Assembly: GCA_043228905.1 (NCBI GenBank)
Contig: JBHGNT010000003.1
Location: forward strand, 13,516,001-13,580,000
Source: Azolla caroliniana
Taxonomy: Eukaryota; Plantae; Polypodiophyta
Direction: 5' to 3'
Length of the DNA stretch: 64,000 nucleotides
A program made the position numbers and the translations under genes. The notes beneath the pieces were generated by a model. The model saw nothing but the letters and a program-made list of their open reading frames with translations. It made no database searches and was not told the DNA's origin. Of this stretch, positions 11,164-24,840 are shown piece by piece; position 1 is the first letter of the stretch; each line of letters starts with the position of its first letter.

Positions 11164-14100
11164 ATGGAGTCCGTTACCACATCTACATGTCATCGAGTCC
11201 TAGCCTCTGCCCTTCTAGATTCTGGAGCCAACTCTTGTTTCATGGATCGTGAATTTGCCTTGTCACAAAACATCCTCTTGAATATGCTTCCCAGCCCAGT
11301 AGCCGTAGGAGTCATTGATGGACGTCCCATAGCATCAGGAGATATAGTCGAGGAGTCCGAGCCAATTAGGATAGTTCTTGGCAATTTGGCAAGCATAATC
11401 TCTTTCAACATTATTCGTAGTCCGGAACACCCAATAGTTCTAAGTCTCCCCTGGTTTGAACTCCATAACCCGAAGATTGATTGGATGAAAAGAACAATTG
11501 AGGAGACCCAGGAAAAGCACAAATCCCGCATCCCTCTCTCCTACATGTGATAATAGATCCCCGGAGTTATCGCCCATCTCTTTACGACAGTTGCGGGAGG
11601 AAGGGGGGAACAAGGCCATGTTCGTCTTCACAATAATAGCAACTCCATCATCCACTTCACGTGAAGCGGATATTAAACTACCAGAGAAATACAAGGAGTT
11701 TTCAGATGTCTTTGATAAGGTGAAGGCCAATACATTGCCGGAGCATCGGCCATAAGATTGCCCTATTGACTTACAACCAGGGAAAGAACCTCCATGGGGC
11801 CCAATTTATAATCTCTCCCCTGTAGAGCTAGAGACTTTGCGGGAAAATATTGATGAGAATCTGGCAAACGGATTCATTCGGCATTCTAGATCCCCTGCTG
11901 GTGCACCTATCTTCTTCGTTAAGAAGAAGAATGGGACTCTTCGGTTGGTCGTGGATTATCGAGGGCTAAACAAAGTGACTATCCGGAATAGATATGCTCT
12001 ACCATTAATCCCGAATCTTTTGGAACGTCTTAGTGGTGCAAAATATTTCACGAAGTTGGACCTTCGCGGAGCATATAATCTAGTTCGGATTTGCCCGGGG
12101 GATGAATGGAAGACAGCTTTCCGCCCTCGCTATGGACATTTTGAGAATACAATGATGCCATTCGGTCTCACGAATGCACCTGCTGTTTTCCAACATATGG
12201 CGAACGATATTTTTCGAGATTTTCTTGATATCTTCACTATAGTTTACCTAGATGATATTTTAATCTACTCAAAGACCCAAGAGGAGCATGATGAACATGT
12301 TCGTCAAGTACTGCGTCGACTCCGAGAATATGGTCTCTATGCAAAATTAGAAAAGTGTAGTTTCGGCTAGAATCAAGTGGAATTTTTGGGGTATGTTGTA
12401 TCGTCAAATGGTATTGCTATGGACCCCATGAAGGTACAAGCAATTTTAGAGTGGCAAACGCCCCTTTCAGTGCGTGATGTGCAATGTTTTCTCGGGTTTG
12501 CAAATTTTTATCGAAAATGTATTAAAGATTATTCCAAGGTTGTGCTTCCACTTACTCAGCTCACACATAAAGATCAACCATTTATATGGAGTTCAGATGC
12601 AGCCGAGGCATTTGAAAGCTTAAAACGAGCATTTACAACGGCACCTATCTTAGCACATGTCGACCCAACAAAACGCTTCATCCTCGAAGCCGATGCATCC
12701 GATTTTGCACTAGGGAGTGTCCTCTCGCAGATTGGAGATGATGGACAACTACACCCTGTCGCCTTTCATTCACGAAAGTTTGAAGCTGCAGAGATCAACT
12801 ACGAGATCCATGACAAAGAGCTTCTTGCAATCGTGGATTCGTTTCAACAATGGCGACATTTCCTAGAAGGTTCTTCTCAACAGATCATTGTCTACAATGA
12901 TCATAAGAACCTGACTTATTTCCAAAATGCTCGAGTCTTGAGTCGGCGACAAGCCCGGTGGGCGCAATTTTTGACTCACTTTGACTTTATCATCATATAT
13001 CGCCCTGGGATGCAACAAGGCAAAGCAGATGCTCTTTCTCGACGCTCTTATATGGAACTTCATCCAGGGGAACCTACATTTGAGCATCAAAAACAAATCC
13101 TTTTGGGTTCTAATCGATTACGATTAATGGTAGTTAACGCCATAACAACTGTTGAAAATTCCACTCTTCTTGATTCCATTCGAGATCATATGGCCACCGA
13201 TGATTTCGCCAAAGATGTTTTGGATCATATCGTCCCGGATCATGCTTCTTGCTCACAGTCGAAAAATCCTCGTAATGACTATTGTCAGTTCTATTGGCAT
13301 GATGGTTTTCTATTTCGACAAAATTTATTGTATGTTCCTGATGGTCCCCCACGGCTACAAGTTTTGCAACATTGCCATGACTCACCAATGGCTGGTCATT
13401 TTGGAGTTCACAAGACTCTAGAATTAATTTCTCGACGCTATTGGTGGCCTCGCCTTCGTCATTTTGTTGAGGAGTATGTTCGGAGTTGTGATATATGTTG
13501 TCGATCAAAGAATCCTCGTCACCGACCCTATGGCTTACTACAACCACTTCCCATTCCGGAAATTCCTTGGAAGTCTATATCCTTGGACTTCATTACTGAT
13601 CTCCCAGTTTCAAAAGGTTTTGATGCAATTCTCACAGTGGTTGATCGATTTACCAAAATGGCACATTTCTTGCCATGTACAAAGTCGATTACTAGTCAAG
13701 AGACGGCTGATCTCGTTATGCGGGAGGTATTTAAGCATCATGGTCTGCCGGATGATATTATTAGTGATCGTGGTCCACAATTCATCTCAAAGTTTTGGAA
13801 GCACCTGTTCAAACTTCTCCACATTTCAGTTAAGCTTTCTTCGGGCTATCATCCTGAAACAAATGGCCAAACAGAGCGTACCAACCAGACATTGGAACAA
13901 TATCTTCGTTGTTTCATCAACTATCAACAAGATGATTGGGTTGCTTTTTTGCACTTGGCGGAATTCGCTTACAACAACTCAGCCCATTCTTCTACAAGAT
14001 ATTCCCCATTTTTCGCAAATACGGGCTGTCATCCTCGGTGGACGATGAATGCGCATCCAGAAGTTCCTACCAACCATGCTGCCGAGGATCGTCTTAGTCG

Positions 14101-14674
14101 CCTCCAAGAAATTCAAGCTAACATTCTCCACAATTTGCACGATGCTCAATTTACACACAAGAGGCTTGCCGATCGTCATCGTCTAAACTCCTCAAAAAAG
14201 TTCCGCATTGGGGATCATGTATGGCTTCTCCAACACAACATCAAGACCACTCGACCTTGCAGTAAATTGGATTACCAACGTTTTGGCCCTTACATGATCA
14301 CTGGTAAGATAAGTGATGTTGCATTTCGTCTTGACCTCCCTCCGCACATGCATCTTCATCCGGTGTTTCATGTATCCCTTTTGGAACCTTATACTACAAG
14401 TTCAATTCCGGGCCGTCTTACGACACCCCCACCACCTGTCGAGTTCTTGGACGGGCCTGAATTTGAAGTTGCTGTCGTTCTCGATTCTAAAATGGTGCGC
14501 AACAAGCTGTATTACTTAGTCGATTGGCTAGGCTATACCTCCAATGATCGAACTTGGGAACCTGCCACAAATCTTTCCAATGCATTTCATCGCCAATATC
14601 CTTGTAAACCAAGTCCTAATACAAACCCTACAACCCGTGAGACGTGTCGTCGAAGAAGGGGGATAGTGTCATGA
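11164..14674 (+). pseudogene. Chromovirus pol (PR-RT-RH-INT-chromodomain), interrupted
   Basis: ORFs 11164-11550, 11498-11755, 11837-12370 and 12377-14674 carry consecutive pol domains. Confidence 0.9.
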
Positions 14675-15610
14675 TAACAGTCACATCATGCATGGAAAGG
14701 ATCATGACACTCACTCGAAAGGATTTGAACCCACGACCTTGTTGTACACATGTCAAATCCTTAACCATTGTATTAATATTCTTATATGTATAGTCTCTAG
14801 AATATGAAATCTAATATCATAGGAATATTCTATATTACTCTACATTCTAGAATGACCTAGAATATTCTAGAGTGTTCTCTATTACTTATAAATAGGGATC
14901 TACCACCCATCCCAAACCTAAATTGGTTCAATGCCATTTTGTAGCCTACTCTTTGTAATCCATTTTACGCTTCAATATAATAATTCTCTTTCAATTATCT
15001 CTCTATCTCTTTTTCTCTCTCTTTCTCTCTCTCAGTCTTGACACTCACACCCTTAAGTACAGGAAATGCAGGAAGGGGGAAGCACCCGACACCAACGAAG
15101 ATGCAAATATACACAGACAGACGCAAACGTATATATATATATATATAAAAGAAGAATACATTCCCGGCGTCGAGCCGGACCAAGATAGCTTACAACAGTC
15201 GTCTGCTGTCAAGCCGCCGTCGGGGAGCTCTCGGGCTTGTCGCGCTGAGCGGGGTCTTGCACAGGAGGCCGAGCCGAAGCAAACCCTAAGTAAATCGCGA
15301 AGGGGAAGAAGAAGAAGAAGAAACAAAAACACTAACCCTAGACTAACGGTATACCCTCTAACGCAAAAATGGGCAACCCTTTCACAAAGGGTGTTCCCTT
15401 CCTTTTATAGAACCAGGACAGGGATGCGTTACAATGTGGGATAAACCCCGACTTACATGGGATCGTCTGTCCTGACTTGACTACTCTTCGGCGCCATAAA
15501 GGTGCCCTCGTTATTCACACTAAATGTACAAGGGTGGGCACACACGCTGCACCCCGCCGATGCAGCCAATGTTTCCCGGTTTCCGCCTCTGGCCGAAATT
15601 CTTCACGACA

Positions 15611-17815
15611 CCCGCCCCCACCTAACTGCACGTCCACCGGTATGTGCCAAATCTAGTTGAAGGGTGAGAGATTTCGGCCGGTGAGAAACCGGTCTCCAGT
15701 GATCCGCATCTCGGCTCGCTGCCGGTTTGATCCGTCGGCTTCGAGTCTTCCTTCGCACTCGCCTCCCCGTAGGCTCGTTCGACCCGTCGATGGGTCCTCT
15801 GCCGCGATCTCCGTAGTACGCGTACTTCCGTTGGCCCTTGTTTGGCCGTATGAACGCCCCGCTTCCCGCCGTATGCCCGATGTCCTCTGCTTGAGGCATG
15901 CCCGTAGTGGCCCGCTTGGCCTCCGTTGTCCAATCGCGATGTCCTGATGGTCGTCCCATGTTGTTTCGCGTTGCCTTCGTCCTTTCGCCGCCACCTTCCT
16001 TCTCCACGGTCTTACATCGCCGCGTCTGCTCGAACCGCCATGGTCTCCGGAATAGTGTGGAGGATCCCTTTCCGGCCTGATCGTGCATCTCTGCTCACCT
16101 GCATACCGGTGTCCTTTGCATCCGAGGAGCACCCCGTAGTAGCCCGCTTGGCCCTTCCCGTCTTCGTGCCGTTGCAACAGGTCCCGAGTCTTCCGCTTGC
16201 CGTTGTCCCCTCGCCCCACCAGCTTGTCACCCCGGGCTTGCCGTGTCAGTCTTCGCTACTTCGACGGAGCTCCCGAGATCTACGAAGCGAGTGTGGAGGA
16301 TCCTCCTCCGGCCTCTCTTGCCATCCCCTGACTCCGACCCTGTGCAGTCCACTAGGCACTTGTCACCTCGTTCCCGGCACCTCCCTTGTGTCGTCTTCCG
16401 CTTCCTTTGTTCGGCACCGCCCGTGCCGAACACTGTCCCGTAGTCACGCTTCGACCCGGCCCGCGATGGCCATTTGCGAGACTCTTGTTCTGTCCAAGGT
16501 GTGCCTTTCCGGCTTGACATACCTCCCCGTGTTTGCCGCTACCGACTCCTTCCGAAACCTCGTGTCGTCGGGTCCCGTTCCCTGCCGCCACTGTCCTTCT
16601 CCATCGGTCTTACGTTGCCGCGTTGGCCGAGCAGCCGGGGTCTCCGGATCGGTGTGAGGGTCCCATAGGACCGGACTCCGTTTCTATGCTTGCCGTAATT
16701 CAGGTGTCTTTTGTTTGAGTCCCTCCCGGACTCTCCTCGTGTCTTCCGCGTAGTCGGGTCCCGTTTCCCGCCGCCACCAACCTTCTCTCTCGGTCTCATG
16801 TTGCCACGTTGGTCGAACTGCCAGAGTCTCTGGTTAAGTGTGGGGATCCCGTAGGACCGGACTTCCTTACGCCCTTGCCTTCGTCACCTCACCGCCACCG
16901 TCAGTATCTTGGTCTTACGTCGACCGCGTTGCCGACTGCCGAAGTCTCTAGAACCAGTGTGAAGGATTCTCCGTAGACCGCCCATCCGTAGCCCCTTTGC
17001 CTTCATCACCTCGCCGCCACCGTCAATATCTTGGTCTTACGTCGACCGCGTTGCCGACTGCCGAAGTCTCTAGAACCGCTGTGAAGGATCCTCCGTGGGC
17101 CTCTAATTTGTCTTCCCGACCCTGTCCCAGGTCGTCCTTTTCCGCATGCCGAGAGGGCGGTTTACTCCGCACCCTCTCCCGTGGTACCGACGTACCGTGT
17201 CCTCGGCCTCTTCGTAGGCCTGCTCTCTTCCTCCCTCCCGGAATGGTCATCCGGGAGTCCGCTCCGCCCGGTTCTCGCTCGGGTCCGCTCGTCCTTCTCC
17301 GTATTGCCGGGTCCCGTTCTCCTGTCGCCACCGATCTCTCCTATAGGACTCACGCCGGCACTCGGGCCGACCGCCCGCTCTATGCGAGGATCTCCGTAGG
17401 ACCGGCTTTCATTCTCCTTCCGACTCTCGACCTTCGCCCGGTCGGTTTTTTTCCCCATGTAAAAGAGGGCGGCTCGTCCCGCACCTCCTTCCGTATCAGC
17501 ACTTTCACGCCGAATCCGGCCCCGATCGAACGATCCACGAGCGGATCACGCTCCACCCGTATCGGAATGTCGATCTCCTCGTGCCGCGTCCGTCCTCAGC
17601 CTCCTCACAGGTCGTTTCCCATCCATCTTCGCTGGCATCGTGCCAGGACTCCTCGGTACCGCCATCCATCTTCTCGGTCTTACATGGGCATACGGGCCCG
17701 AATGCCGAGTTCTCCGGAATCGGGTCCGTGGGCTTTCGTCCGTTCCTTCCCCGTATTGTCTCGCCGGTGATTCTTGGCCTTTCGTCGCCGCCGTCCTCCG
17801 CTTGGTACTCACGTG
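15611..17815 (-). mobile_element. GC-rich internal region of a gypsy-like element related to the 53701-57054 gag-only element, degenerate and 5'-truncated
   Basis: The end adjacent to the LTR encodes RFGTYRW, like NFGTYRR in ORF 54444-56246. Repeated motif (GCCGAAGTCTCTAGAA, encoding LETSA) is shared with 55300-55680. Confidence 0.7.
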
Positions 17816-17829
17816 GGCACTCGGGCCCA

Positions 17830-18614
17830 ACTACCATCGAAACGAAGGAGAAGACATGTCGAGGGATACCAGTTGAGCTTTTCTGCTCAACATAGACGAA
17901 AGGGCAGCCAAAGCCGACACCGAAACGAAGGAGAAGACATGTCGAGGGATGCCAGTGCTGCGACAAACAAGTTGGCTGAAGGGGTCGAGGTGCACTAAAC
18001 CGGACAGGTTGAGGAGTGTTGGACCAGAGGGGTCGTGGAACGTGGAACTAAACCGGACGAGAAGTGCGAGCAAGGCATGAAGATGTCAAGAGGAGTCGTA
18101 AGATAGAACCTGTAGAGTGGGAGGAACCTCAAGTTGAGCTTGAGGGGGAGTGTTGAGAAGCAAGCTCAACATGGGTTGGATCGGTTGAACAAGCCGAGAG
18201 CCGGATCCGATGAAGAACGACCGGCTAGGCACAGATCAGATTAAGACCGGTCAGTGGGTTGGATCGGTGAGCCAGATCGGAGAGTCAGATCTGCAGGGAG
18301 TTGGTAGGCCGTTAGAGGCCTACGATCCTAGTCTAGTAGGTAGTTATATTCCTAGGAGTTAGTGTCAGTAGCTCAGTTGTGAGTATTGAAGTACTTGTTA
18401 GTACTTCTGACCATCCTTTATGAACTTGTATAAAAGTGCTCATTGAGCACATTTGTATGTACAATGTTATTATTTTGAATTGAGTTTTTAGTCTTCTACT
18501 CTCTTTGTCTCTCCCAGGTACTGTGTTCTCTCTCCATTGTTTTTTCTCTGTTTTCTGCTATTGTTCAGTTGAGCCGATTGTGTCTATTTCAGCTTTGGCA
18601 CTTAAATCTTTACA
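17830..18614 (+). mobile_element. 3' end of a copia family-B element: spacer, PPT and 3' LTR (18151-18614)
   Basis: GAACCTCAAGTTGAGCTTGAGGGGGAG|TGTTGAGAAGCAAGCTCAACA matches 59951-59998. LTR ends TTTACA, like 52582 and 60349. Confidence 0.8.
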
Positions 18615-19539
18615 GATTATTTCTAATGTAATCATAAGACAAGGAAATATAAGATAGATAGATAAGAAAAGAGAGAACGAAAGGTGACGATCCACCCGAC
18701 CACCCCCAAGTGAAGGGATCAAGGTAGACCCGAGCCTTAATCGGCGTCCCATACCACCATGATGACATCAAGTCGTACCTGGCACTAGCGCACTCACTAC
18801 AAGAGTCTGTTCACCTAAAGATCACACTCTCCACATAATCAAATGATGTGTCTAATAAGGGTAGTTAGGCCTCATATTTATAACTAGACTTGAGGCCCCC
18901 AAGCAAGTTCACACTTGGCCCGTATGGGTTGTCTAAATTCCTAGGATTAAAAGTAATCCTCCCTTCTTTACACTCTCAATTAACCCTCACACTTTATCCT
19001 CGTGTGTGGAATACTACGATAGAACTTATTGCGGGATAAATTATGGTCATGCATGTAACATGCCACATCACAACAATGTTGTAGTAGAGCATTTCTTAAT
19101 GCGTTGTCACAAAAGGGGGGAACAACAAAAGAACAATTTGTCAAAATGGAAACAACAAGAACAAGGTTGCATGAGGTGGGAGAAGCAAATAGTTGAGAGA
19201 GGGAGACCCAACCTTTGAATTTTTTCGTACACCTACACATTAGAATTAACACATTCTACTTTAGATATTGGAAAAAACTAAGGAGACATGGACATAGTCT
19301 ATAGATATAGACATTGAGAGAAAGAGAGAGAGTTTCAGTTTAAATGTGATTATTTTCTTGGATTATTCCTTAGTTGTTTTTTATTTATTTTAAAGGCCTT
19401 AGAACTGAAATTTTGGTCAAAAGTGGGTAGACGTAGCTTTCTTTCACCGCGGTTGTTGCATGTGATAATTAAATAAATTAAGTTGTTAATCAAAGTTGTA
19501 GAATACGTAGGGTACAATAGGTATTCTTAAAATCATTCT

Positions 19540-22500
19540 ATCTTTCTTTTCTTTTCTTTTCCCCCAAAAAAACACCTTCCATTAGTTATAAAATTTTACA
19601 AATTAGATCATAATGTACAAATCCTTGTAGGGACGCGATAGTTCCATCTTATGTGGATGCCCATTGACTCAAGAAAGGGAGAGGACAACCATTGTTGGAT
19701 GAAGGCTATTCGTTGTCTTTCAACTCCATCGGAGCCGCCCTTGAGGCCATCATATTGGCTCTTTAGAGTGGCTACAACTTCACTCCATATCTCTTGTAGT
19801 AACATTGTTGGATGCGCGGTTTGGTTGGAGAAGACCCATCTACACCATTGTTTCCATAGAATCCAGAGAGTTATTGGGCTAACCAATTCCAACACAACTT
19901 GAGATTTGTCATTAAGAGGAGTTGAGTGGACATTTTCGTTGGTTGGGAAAAAAACCTCTTGTGCTTTTATCACCAAAGTCATCCCCTCCTCCTGATGCTC
20001 GTATCTGCCAACTGGGGTCTGCCATGATAGCCAACATATATTTCCCCACTTGATTGAGCCTTTCACCTCGCATAATTCCAACAAGCGACCAACCCCCGCC
20101 ATATTCGATGGGACGTTGGGTAGTCCCACAGAGCGTGTCGTATTAATTCTACTGCATTTGGGCACTCTACACAATTAGGAGAGCTAAGGTTCCCACGTTG
20201 CCATGCTCCCACCGGTAGTGACTTATGTATTAATAGCCATTGGAACGTGGTAATCTGCCTGGCGTGTTGTTGTTTCCAGATTTTCTATCAAAACTTGGTG
20301 ATAATTTTGTGGGGAACTTGATATGTGTGCCAAACCTTTGCAACAGCCGGCTCTCGAGTGGTTTGAGCAGTTAGAATGTGGCAACCCAATCTAGTTGTGA
20401 ATTGGAAGAAAGGGATGGGTTTGATTCCTTGCCCCGCGTAAGGATCACACCATGTCCATTGCAAAGGGTCCCAACTGACCTTACGGAGCCATGTGTTTTC
20501 ATGAGTACATATGTGTCAATCTGGTTGTACTTTGATCGGATCAGGATCTACAATCCATTTATGACCAGTATACGCAAGTACTTGAATTGCGTTATTCTCT
20601 GTTGGTGTCTTAGTATCTCGCAATTCAGAGCCTTCGATCCTATCTAGAGGTCCCCTACCTCTCGGGATCAAAGATCCCTCCTCCTCGTAGCCTATCCATT
20701 TCTCCATTATCGTCCTTTGAGTTGCAGCTTCCCTAATCAGTAGAGCGTTAATGATTTCTGATCTCATAGTCCATCCGCCCCTGATTCCATGGAGTATGTT
20801 GGCTTGATCTTGTAGTGCAGTGACATAAACCGTCTCCAACATTCTATACTTTTTCTTGGACCTTCTGCAATGTATCCCCATGACAACCCCTTACTTGATC
20901 CAAGTAGTTGATTAGATTCATCCTTGATACATGGGTTCCATAGGATACGTTCACTGAGCCAGGCAAGTTTGGAACTCGGTTGATCGCACTTGAGCCCTCT
21001 TCTAATGTCACACCATGCCTTCCACATGGATGCATTGAATCTATCCTCCAATTGGCATGAGAAACTAGGTTTGAGATCCATGTTTAGAATCCATCCCGTT
21101 TGGGGGGGGCAATTGACCCCTTTTCGTGGCCTAAAGTAAGTGCAACGTAACCGCAGTAGCATTTTCCAACAGTCATTTCCTGGTTGGAGTCCTCGCACCA
21201 CAAATTTGGCAAGTACGGCTTTTGATTGTGAAAGGGGATCAATAAGACCCAATTCCCCTCTCGACTTAGGTGTTGTGAGTATAGGCCACGCCACCTTGGC
21301 GCAAGTTACATGATCTTCCTTACCAGACCAAATGTAGTTGTGTACTAGTCCTTGAATCTGATGTATACTTTCCTTGGAGATTGTCCAACATGATAGACTA
21401 TACCATGTTGTTGCGAGTAGTACCTGGTTTGCCACTATGACGCGACCCGCTAGCGACAGTTTTTTTGAACTCCAATGTTTCAACTTTTTTCGAATGGAAT
21501 GGATAACGGGTGCATTCATAGTCTCCAGCGGTATGTTGAAACCAATTTGGAAACCCAAATATTTGGTGCTCGCTCCTTGATTGGTCCATTTGAAAGCGGG
21601 ATGTGGGTGCCACACAAGATGTGTTTCATGAGAAAGCCATATTGTACAGGATTTGTGCCAATTGATCATGGCATTGGATCTCTTGTAAAATACGGCTAAC
21701 CCACTTTCTAGCTTTTGGAGGTTTTCCAAGTCTCCTTGCAGGTAGACTGTTGTGTCATCTACAAATTCTATATTCAGGATGCTTTGGTGAGAATGAGGCA
21801 CGGCAAGACCATGTAGGTTGAGATGCTGCAAGTTGAGAAAGCAAGAGAGTGCTTCGGCATGTAATAGAAATAAGGATGGAGCTAGTGGGCATCCCTGTCG
21901 TACAGATCGGGATATTCGGAAAAAGGGGCCCCTTTCACCTGCCAATGAAACGCAACTACTGTCGTTCCTATAAAGTCCTGCAATGCCTTTGATCTATGTC
22001 TCTTGAAAGCCGAGTTTCCCCATCACACTTTCTAGAAAGTTCCAACATACCCTGTCATATGCTTTCTCAAAATCTAGTAGCACCACCGCTACCTTGTTGT
22101 TGGTACGTTTGGAAAGGGCTACTACTTCCGAGAATGAGAAGAGGTTGTCTAGGATGCTCCAATTTCTAACGAAACTTGTCTGGGATGGATGAATGAGTTG
22201 AGGGAGAAGTGGTGTTAAACGGCGTGGCACGATTTTTGCGAGCAACTTATAGGTAGTATTGAGAAGAGTTATGGGCCGCCACTTGCTAATGTCGTTAGCC
22301 CTCCCACCACTTTTAGGATTGAGATGTATCATCCCCTATCCAAATTCCTCCGGCATGTTTCCCGAAGTCATGATCTCCTCATATGCCTGGAGGAGGTCTT
22401 CTTTAATAGTGTGCCAAAGGCATGTGAAAAAGTGAGGTGTGAGGCTTTTGACTCCGGGGCAACTATCTGCATCCAAATCCAAGAGTGCCTCCCATATCTC

Positions 22501-24590
22501 GATTATTGATAGGCGACGCACAAGCCATGTATTCATTTCCATCGTGACTTTCTCGGGTATGCTTTGGAGGATAATATCTTCTCTTATGTCTTCCCCTGTG
22601 GCCATAGTATCTTCGGTAAGTAGGCGCTAATAGTAACTTGTGGCAATATTCCTCATTTCGTCACCATCCTCAGTGGTCGTTCCATCCTATCGGCGGAGGC
22701 TGCGCATCATTGTTCTAGTGTGCCTCAGGCCTTTGGAGTGGAAGAATTCCTTCGTGGTTTTGTCCCCTACTCGAATCCATCGCATCATGCTTCCATGAAA
22801 CTCCATGTCATATATTTCCTTTTCTGCCATGCTAAGTTCATGTTTGGCCATGGCAACTTGTCCTGCAATCCAACTACATGATGGGTATCTCTATTGGAGT
22901 CGTTGTAAGGCTATTAGTCCCCGTTTTGTCCTCTACTGCTTTTCCTGAGCATCCTTGCTTCTGGTCTTGACAAACTCATTGAGGAGAGTTGAAGCTCTTG
23001 TTAATTTAGCTAGAAGTTTATCAAATGCTAATGAGTCATTGATGGGTAATGACCATTGGTTGGAGAGTTGTTCCTTCACCTCTATAATTGTGTAAATAGT
23101 GTGTGGGATGTGAGGTTGGAATGGGCCCCATTTTCGGTGCAATTGAAAATGACCAACTACCGGGTAATGATCAAATAAAGTCGTGCCTGGAGTTATGCGA
23201 CACCACCCTCCCTTCGCTTCTAGAGCCTCGCCCACATAAATGCGGTCAATGCGAGATAGGGGTCCACTATTCCGCCTGTCTGATCGAGAGAATAAGAGCG
23301 AGTCCCTTTTTCGTTGGAAGTTGTCAGAATGCCAGATGTCTCGCAGGTTAAGGTGTACACATAACTTCTCCCATTGTTTACGTTCCCTTCCTTGTAGAAC
23401 TATGGGGTTGTTGTTGGAGCTATCGTGAATGGATTCGATCATATTAAAATCCCCTCTGATGCACCACTCTTCTGCACCCGCTACTTGTAGGTGGATGCGT
23501 TCCCAAAATGTTGCCCTTTCTGTTTTGCTATTTGGAGCATAAACAGTCATGAAATTCCAGCGTTGCCCTTGGATGACCAACGTCCAAAAATGTGCCCTAC
23601 CAGGTATAAGTGATTCCTGGTGTATTAAGCCTTGGGCTAGATGTTCCCGAATCAAAGTGCAAATACCACCATGATTTCCATCCTCCCCTATTGTTGGCTC
23701 CCAACTTGTTCGCCATGATCCTGGTAGAAGGTCCCCGACTTCCTTTGACTACGTGCTATCAAGGTGGTGTTCTTGCAACATGATGATGTCAGCAACACTC
23801 CCTAATAAATATTCCTCAAGATCCCTTCTCAGTTTCCATTTGTTTTGCTAGTCTAGTCGACTTCTGAGCCCTTGCACGTTCCATGTTACAATCTTCATAC
23901 TCATGGAATGGGATAGGAGATTGCCAAGTGTTCTTGGTGCTTTGCACAACAGGTCGTGAGTGGGGAGCACTCACCATTTAGACATCCAGTCATTTTCAGG
24001 GATGGAATGTTGGTCCAAATCCAAGAGTGGAGTTTGTGGGCTATCTGGTGAGCTTCAATAGTCCCTTCCTACTTCTCATAGAAATAGAAGAAGCCCGAAG
24101 TTAGATGGGTGTCTATGATAGTCCACAGGTGGATGTGGCAGAGATGAGGTTCCTCTTCATCCATGGTGCACCAGAATTCGGTGTTATTCCAATGCTGCTT
24201 TATTAGTTCGTTCATGAGGTCTTCATATCTTATTTTTGTTACAAAGCAGGCGACTTGGCTACATAGCATATCTTTAATCTTGGATTTCGACCAGTCTTCC
24301 TGTGATGGAAGCAAGAGTGGAAAGGAGATTGAGGTCGTCGGAACTCCATTATTGTGTACCGTTGATACATGTACCCTTATTTTTTCCACTGTCTTGTGCC
24401 CTATATCTAGCCATTTCAGGGCGTTTTGCGGGTGTGGTTCAAGGTCTTGGCTAGAGGAAGTACACTCATTTGTGTCCGGGCAGACTATGATCCAAGGCGT
24501 GACATTCAAACTTCTCCCTTGGTTAGCTACTTCTGCATTGGGTGTCGTTCCGCTCAAGCTCCGTATTAAGGTCTTAACATGACTTATCCT
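19540..24590 (-). mobile_element. L1-clade LINE, degenerate (ORF1 3' part + ORF2 endonuclease/RT)
   Basis: ORF2 begins MSMKIVTWNVQG (~23904). APE endonuclease VYAPN/GDFN/RIDR/DHYP (22933-23655). RT WRPITLLN, LDFEKAYD, RQGCPLAP, FVDD, KYLG. C-terminal W-rich domain 19608-20174. A-rich tail (T-rich on +) at ~19540-19560. Confidence 0.9.
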
Positions 24591-24683
24591 TCTTCACTTC
24601 CCTATTTTGTAAGCTTTAATGAGAACTTTCTCTTGTGTGCTTGGTGTCACCTTAGGCCATTCCTAGCGGCTTAAGAAAGAATT

Positions 24684-24840
24684 AGGGGTCCCACTTGTCG
24701 AACTGGGTCCCTTGGAAATTTGGTGTGGGGCCCGCTGATCCCACTCGTCGAACTTTAGTGGAGTCCCACTCCTCGAACTTTAGTGGGGTCCCACTCGTCA
24801 AAACTTGGTTGGAGGGTCCCACCTACTCGAACTTGGGGTG
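24684..24840. repeat. Imperfect ~25-bp tandem repeat with GGGTCCCAC core
   Basis: About six copies of GG(G/A)GTCCCACTCGTCGAACTT-like units, followed by AAACCCTAG at 24845. Confidence 0.7.

Larger units (their letters stand above)
10612..15043 (+). mobile_element. Ty3/gypsy chromovirus (Tcn1/Tf1-like), gag-less, pol interrupted
   Basis: LTRs 10612-11074 and 14667-15043 (TGTCA...TGACA), TSD CTCAG/CTCAC, PPT GAAGAAGGGGGA. Pol: LLDSGA protease, RT YLDD, RNase H ADAS, HHCC integrase, GPY motif, chromodomain (YYLVDWLGY...TWEP). Stops at 11753 and 12368 and a frameshift near 11530. Confidence 0.95.
10395..15610 (-). repeat. 3' LTR (~780 bp net) of a minus-strand gypsy-like element, split by the nested chromovirus
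   Basis: Termini TGTCGCG (10395) and CACGACA (15610). Abuts a PPT-like tract (rc GGTGGGGGCGGG) at 15611-15622. Its 15570-15610 end matches the LTR start at 63614. Confidence 0.7.

Noticed and set aside
15603-17998. Many overlapping ORFs on both strands
   Set aside because: High GC content suppresses stops. No domain is evident beyond the element's repeat modules.
18795-18804. CACTACAAGA, like a CACTA terminus
   Set aside because: No partner TIR, subterminal repeats or transposase found.
19525-24600. TSD for the first LINE
   Set aside because: Only a weak TATC(T/C)TTCTT resemblance, so the 5' boundary remains approximate.
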